64,000 bases of DNA from an uncultured Bacteroides sp. (lineage in GTDB: Bacteria > Bacteroidota > Bacteroidia > Bacteroidales > Muribaculaceae). Numbering within the stretch: the first letter of the stretch is position 1; every line of letters begins with the position of its first letter. The position numbers and the translations under genes are program-made. Shown in pieces: positions 60,800-64,000 of this stretch. The notes under the pieces were generated by a model that saw nothing but the letters and a program-made list of their open reading frames with translations, did no database searches and had not been told where the DNA came from. Location: NCBI GenBank assembly GCA_964444345.1, contig CAYUGU010000001.1, positions 6,861 to 70,860 on the forward strand, read 5' to 3'.

Positions 60800-61524
60800 T
60801 GAAGATAAGCATTGTCGGCGCCGGAAACGTTGGCTCCAATTTTGCCAAGAAGTTTGAGTCCGAAGGCGTTGAATCCGTCAGGGTTTTCTCTCCGTCGACG
60901 GGCAATATGGCTGAGTTCGACCCCTCGGAGGCCGACGTGGTCATCATCGCCATTACCGATGATGCCATTTCCGGATTCGTTGAACGTCTGCCCGAAGCGC
61001 CCTCGACCCTCTGGCTTCATACCTCCGGCTCCGTGGGGCTCGACGTGTTTCCCGCCGCTAAGTTTCCCCGCCGCGGAGTTCTCTATCCGCTGCAGACAAT
61101 GCTGAAAGGGAATAACCCCGACTGGGAGAACCTGCCAATTTTTATAGAGGGAGAGGACCCGCAGATTGAGCGCCTCGGCCGGATGCTTTCGCCCAAGGTG
61201 GCCCCGCTTGACTCCCTGAGCCGCCGCCGGGCCCACGCCGCCGCAGTCCTCTGCTGCAATATGGCGATGTATCTCTGGAGCCTCAGCGAAAGGGTAATGA
61301 ACGAGGCCGGCCTCGACTTCCGTATGTTGCAGCCCCTCATGGAGTTAACCCTCGAACGTGCTCTCAGCGGCTCGCCCGACAAGGCCCTGACCGGACCGGC
61401 GCGCCGAGGCGACGTCGGAACTATCCGCAAGCATCTTTCGGCCCTCGACCCTGAGACGGCCGAGGTTTACAAACTGCTGTCGCGCAACATTTTGAACCGC
61501 TTTCATCCCGACCTTGAAATATGA
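60799..61524 (+). CDS. Rossmann-fold NAD(P)-binding protein with DUF2520-like C-terminal domain
   Basis: 241 aa. MKISIVGAGNVGSNF dinucleotide-binding motif. C-terminal ...LTGPARRGDVGTIRKHL... as in DUF2520. Confidence 0.72.
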   Translation: MKISIVGAGNVGSNFAKKFESEGVESVRVFSPSTGNMAEFDPSEADVVIIAITDDAISGFVERLPEAPSTLWLHTSGSVGLDVFPAAKFPRRGVLYPLQTMLKGNNPDWENLPIFIEGEDPQIERLGRMLSPKVAPLDSLSRRRAHAAAVLCCNMAMYLWSLSERVMNEAGLDFRMLQPLMELTLERALSGSPDKALTGPARRGDVGTIRKHLSALDPETAEVYKLLSRNILNRFHPDLEI

Positions 61525-62045
61525 GTACAATCCCCTACGACCTGAGCCTTATCCGCGCCTTCGTCTTCGACGTTGACGGTGTCCTGTCGCCCAACGTAGT
61601 CCCCGTGGGGCTCGACGGAAATCCTGCCCGTATGGCAAACGTGAAAGACGGTTATGCGATGCAGTTGGCCCGTAAGCATGGCTATCGGATTGCAATAATT
61701 TCAGGCGCCGACTCCGAAACCGTGCGCCGTCGGTTTGAACTCCTCGGAATCGGCGATGTCTTTATGCGCGTGGCCGATAAACTCCCGGTTCTGGAGCGCT
61801 GGGCCGCCGAATCGGGCCTGACTATGGAGCAGATTGCCTATGTAGGCGATGATGTTCCCGATATTCCTTGTCTCCGCGCCGTGGGCCTCGCGATTGCTCC
61901 CGCCGACGCCGCGGTTGACGCCAAGGCTAATGCCCGCTATGTCTCGCCCCTGTGTGGCGGAATGGGAGTGGCCCGCGAACTGATTGAACAGACCATGCGC
62001 GCACAGGGCGAATGGCTTCACGAAAAAACTGCCTACGGATGGTAA
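61521..62045 (+). CDS. kdsC: 3-deoxy-D-manno-octulosonate 8-phosphate phosphatase (HAD IIIA)
   Basis: 174 aa. FVFDVDGVLS, ...ISGADS..., YVGDDVPD. ATGA overlap with the upstream gene. Confidence 0.85.
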   Translation: MSTIPYDLSLIRAFVFDVDGVLSPNVVPVGLDGNPARMANVKDGYAMQLARKHGYRIAIISGADSETVRRRFELLGIGDVFMRVADKLPVLERWAAESGLTMEQIAYVGDDVPDIPCLRAVGLAIAPADAAVDAKANARYVSPLCGGMGVARELIEQTMRAQGEWLHEKTAYGW

Positions 62046-62617
62046 CCGACAAAAAATATATCCTTGCAAGCGGCTCTCCGCGCCGCCGCGAACTCCTTTC
62101 GATGCTTGGCGTCGATTGCCGTGTTGACACTTCAAAATCGGTTGACGAGATTGTCCCTGAGGGCACTCCGGCCGACGAGGTCCCGGTTCTTCTCTCGCGG
62201 ATTAAGGCGGCTCCTTACCTCGCTGACCTCAAGCAAGATGAGGTGCTGATTACTGCTGATACCGTAGTGATTCTCGACGATGAGGTAATTGGCAAACCGA
62301 GGGATGCAGCCGACGCCAAGAGGATTCTGCACCGCCTTTCCGGGCGCACCCATAGGGTCGTGACCGGCGTCAGCATAGGCCGCGCGGGCGAGCCCCTTGA
62401 AACCTTCTCGGAAACCACCGAAGTGATTTTCGACCCGTTGACCGACGCGGAAATTGACTATTATGTAGATAACTTCAAACCCCTCGACAAGGCCGGAGCC
62501 TACGGAATCCAGGAGTGGATCGGAGCCGCCGCCGTCAAGGGCCTCAAAGGCTCCTACTATAACGTTATGGGCCTCCCGATCCACGCACTCTATCGGAAAT
62601 TAAAAATGAAAAATTAA
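62039..62617 (+). CDS. maf: Maf-like nucleoside triphosphate pyrophosphatase
   Basis: ILASGSPRRRELL, ADTVV, GKP, AGAYGIQ. ATG 62039 chosen (overlaps the kdsC stop). The last 7 codons run into the A-rich 19-mer also seen at 9599-9617. Confidence 0.9.
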   Translation: MVTDKKYILASGSPRRRELLSMLGVDCRVDTSKSVDEIVPEGTPADEVPVLLSRIKAAPYLADLKQDEVLITADTVVILDDEVIGKPRDAADAKRILHRLSGRTHRVVTGVSIGRAGEPLETFSETTEVIFDPLTDAEIDYYVDNFKPLDKAGAYGIQEWIGAAAVKGLKGSYYNVMGLPIHALYRKLKMKN

Positions 62618-62711
62618 AAGTGAAAAATGAGGGCGTGGCTTTCGTGGGCGATCTGCTTTAGGGCCACTCTTCGCCAATTACGGTCGACGAAGAGCGGCGG
62701 CTCCTGCTCGG

Positions 62712-63098
62712 TTAGAACAGGGGCATGAACGAGGGGTTGCGGACGTATTTGTATTCAAACTGCTCGTTGGTCATCGCGAACATCAGTATGCCCTGAATCA
62801 ATGTTATAACGGACCAGATGCCGCAGGAGAAGAGGCCGAGGAAGAGGCTCAGGATGCCTGCGCCGGTCTTGCCCAAGTAGAAATATTGAACTCCAAAGTA
62901 GCCGAGAAGTATTGCCAGCAGTGCGCATACTCCGCGGCTTTTTCCTTCGGGACCCGAGGCGTCAAACGCATTGTCGGTGGGGTAGTGGTTATAACTGTTG
63001 AAGGGCGGGGGAGTGGCCGTGGGTTGGGTGTTTCCGCAGTAGCGGCAAACGATTGCGTCATCTTGAATCTGTTCGGCGCAGTAGGGACATTTTTTCAT
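62712..63098 (-). CDS. Zinc-ribbon + TM2 domain membrane protein
   Basis: 128 aa. N-terminal CPYCAEQI...CRYCG zinc ribbon, TM2 pattern ([26 protein letters not shown]). Confidence 0.8.
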   Translation of the reverse strand: MKKCPYCAEQIQDDAIVCRYCGNTQPTATPPPFNSYNHYPTDNAFDASGPEGKSRGVCALLAILLGYFGVQYFYLGKTGAGILSLFLGLFSCGIWSVITLIQGILMFAMTNEQFEYKYVRNPSFMPLF

Positions 63099-63102
63099 AG
63101 TT

Positions 63103-63228
63103 GGTTGATGGGTTATTGTTTAGGGTTTATTGTTTAGGGTTTATGGTTTAGGGTTTATGGTTTAGTGTTTATTGTTTATGGTTTAGGGTTTATGGTTTAT
63201 GGTTTAGTGTTTAGGGTTTATGGTTTTA
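63103..63228. repeat. Heptanucleotide tandem array, 18 units of [GT]GTTTA[GT] filling the whole intergenic gap
   Basis: Read unit by unit: GGTTGAT GGGTTAT TGTTTAG GGTTTAT TGTTTAG GGTTTAT GGTTTAG GGTTTAT GGTTTAG TGTTTAT TGTTTAT GGTTTAG GGTTTAT GGTTTAT GGTTTAG TGTTTAG GGTTTAT GGTTTTA. The last unit holds the stop of the upstream minus-strand gene. The array starts 4 nt from the TM2 gene ATG. Confidence 0.9.
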
Positions 63229-64000
63229 TTGGATTTGGGCGTTGTTGACGCGTTCGAGTTTGATGGGGGCCTGCTGGGGGTGGAATGCCGGATAGTCGCT
63301 GTTTTTCTTGACGGTATTGTTCAGGAAAATCAGGCCGTTGACGCTCTTGGCGTAGAGCAGCGGATTGTCAAACGTCTCAAACAGGTTGTCGGTAATCTTT
63401 ATGCCCGAATGGAAATATTGCTGTTGATTTTCCAAGTCGGGAATCTCAGGATAGATGGATATTACGGCGTTGGTGAACTGGAAGAGCGACGTCAGGGCGT
63501 TGATAAAGCGGTTGCCCGTAATGGTCACGTCGCGGCAGGCGCCGGTTTCAAACCAGCCGTTGCAGTCACCGCAAAGAAGGATGGCCGAGCCGGATGTATG
63601 GTCAAAAAGATTGTCGGCACAGACGGTTTTGCGCGGTGTGGAGAAGAGGGCTCCGCGGGCGCGATTATTGCGTATGGTGTTACGCCGGAACTCTACTTCG
63701 GGAGTGCGCGTGAGGTTTTCAATTCCCTGACCTGCAGCGAGTTCAAGCGGGCGGTCAAACACTATTCTGAACTCCTTGGGATTCAGCGTTTCGATTGAGG
63801 CGACCGTTGCGCCGCACGCACCGATTTCCATTGTTTTCGGCTTGATAATCTGAATTGAGTCGCCCGGAGCGCCCCATTCGAAGCCGTAGGTCTGGCGGTG
63901 CATATATTTCGCAATAACCGTCGTTGAATCAACAACTTCCTGAATCTTAAGATAGGTGCCGTGAACGTTTATTGCATCGTCCATCATCCCTTCGTAGAGG
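63226..64000 (-). CDS. Right-handed beta-helix glycoside hydrolase, C-terminal part (GH110 alpha-1,3-galactosidase-like; gene continues past right edge)
   Basis: Open to the window edge. DDAINVHG, RNNRARGALFSTPR, GDCNGWFETG, and repeated parallel beta-helix pattern (ITGNRF, ITDNLF, LNNTV). The GH110 assignment is from memory of these motifs. Confidence 0.75.
   Translation of the reverse strand, partial: LYEGMMDDAINVHGTYLKIQEVVDSTTVIAKYMHRQTYGFEWGAPGDSIQIIKPKTMEIGACGATVASIETLNPKEFRIVFDRPLELAAGQGIENLTRTPEVEFRRNTIRNNRARGALFSTPRKTVCADNLFDHTSGSAILLCGDCNGWFETGACRDVTITGNRFINALTSLFQFTNAVISIYPEIPDLENQQQYFHSGIKITDNLFETFDNPLLYAKSVNGLIFLNNTVKKNSDYPAFHPQQAPIKLERVNNAQIQ

Noticed and set aside
63117-63221. 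Plant-type telomere motif TTTAGGG recurring in the heptamer array
   Set aside because: It appears only because GGTTTAG units are a circular permutation of TTTAGGG. The units alternate with GGTTTAT and TGTTTAT. The array is internal to a bacterial chromosome segment between two ordinary genes.
63103-63228. Possible CRISPR or other spacer-containing array
   Set aside because: The units are 7 nt, contiguous and spacer-free. No cas genes occur in the window.

Overview
This is a 64-kb chromosomal window from a GC-rich Bacteroidales-type genome. That placement is an inference from three things: Bacteroidetes TAnnTTTG -7 promoter boxes in front of many genes, lipoprotein-rich content, and the presence of DUF4270, short glycogen-synthase-like and GldB-like genes. 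The frc-oxc oxalate genes would fit a Muribaculaceae-like gut bacterium, but this is not proven. I can support about 57 protein-coding genes and one tRNA-Leu(UAG). I found no rRNA, no CRISPR array and no integrase or transposase. Core content, left to right: partial SUI1; prs; an ECF sigma / anti-sigma-like / LTXXQ trio followed by a 1675-aa alpha-2-macroglobulin-like protein with no thioester; dnaB; an amidase with a SPOR domain; MlaD; a patatin-barrel fusion; asnA; BlaI and BlaR1-TonB; a 695-aa AAA+ ATPase; a second, 1823-aa alpha-2-macroglobulin with an intact CTEQ thioester coupled to pbpC; an frc-oxc-AEC permease operon; a GT2-mtaB-GH20 block; glycogen-synthase-like plus DUF4270; a Wza-like/Wzz/M23 trio; and a tightly packed PASTA-rluD-...-kdsC-maf gene string. 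Accessory or odd content: (1) three small low-GC islets with no recombinase (a KilA-N gene, a DUF3791-DUF3990-DUF3791 cassette, an MNT-HEPN pair); (2) a secreted Trp/Gly-repeat plus Ser/Arg/Gly/Tyr low-complexity protein paired with a FadL-like barrel; (3) two intergenic arrays of a 7-nt tandem repeat [GT]GTTTA[GT]; (4) a 150-nt GC-rich multi-hairpin element; (5) a roughly 150-nt nested inverted-repeat element. My best candidate for an undescribed system is the DUF3791-DUF3990-DUF3791 cassette, a possible ADP-ribosyltransferase-fold toxin module. The Trp/Gly protein plus barrel pair and the heptamer arrays come next. All functional calls rest on motif recognition by eye; no database search was run. 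Several starts in the ORF track are TTG/GTG extensions, and I trimmed these to the first plausible ATG downstream of a -7 box.
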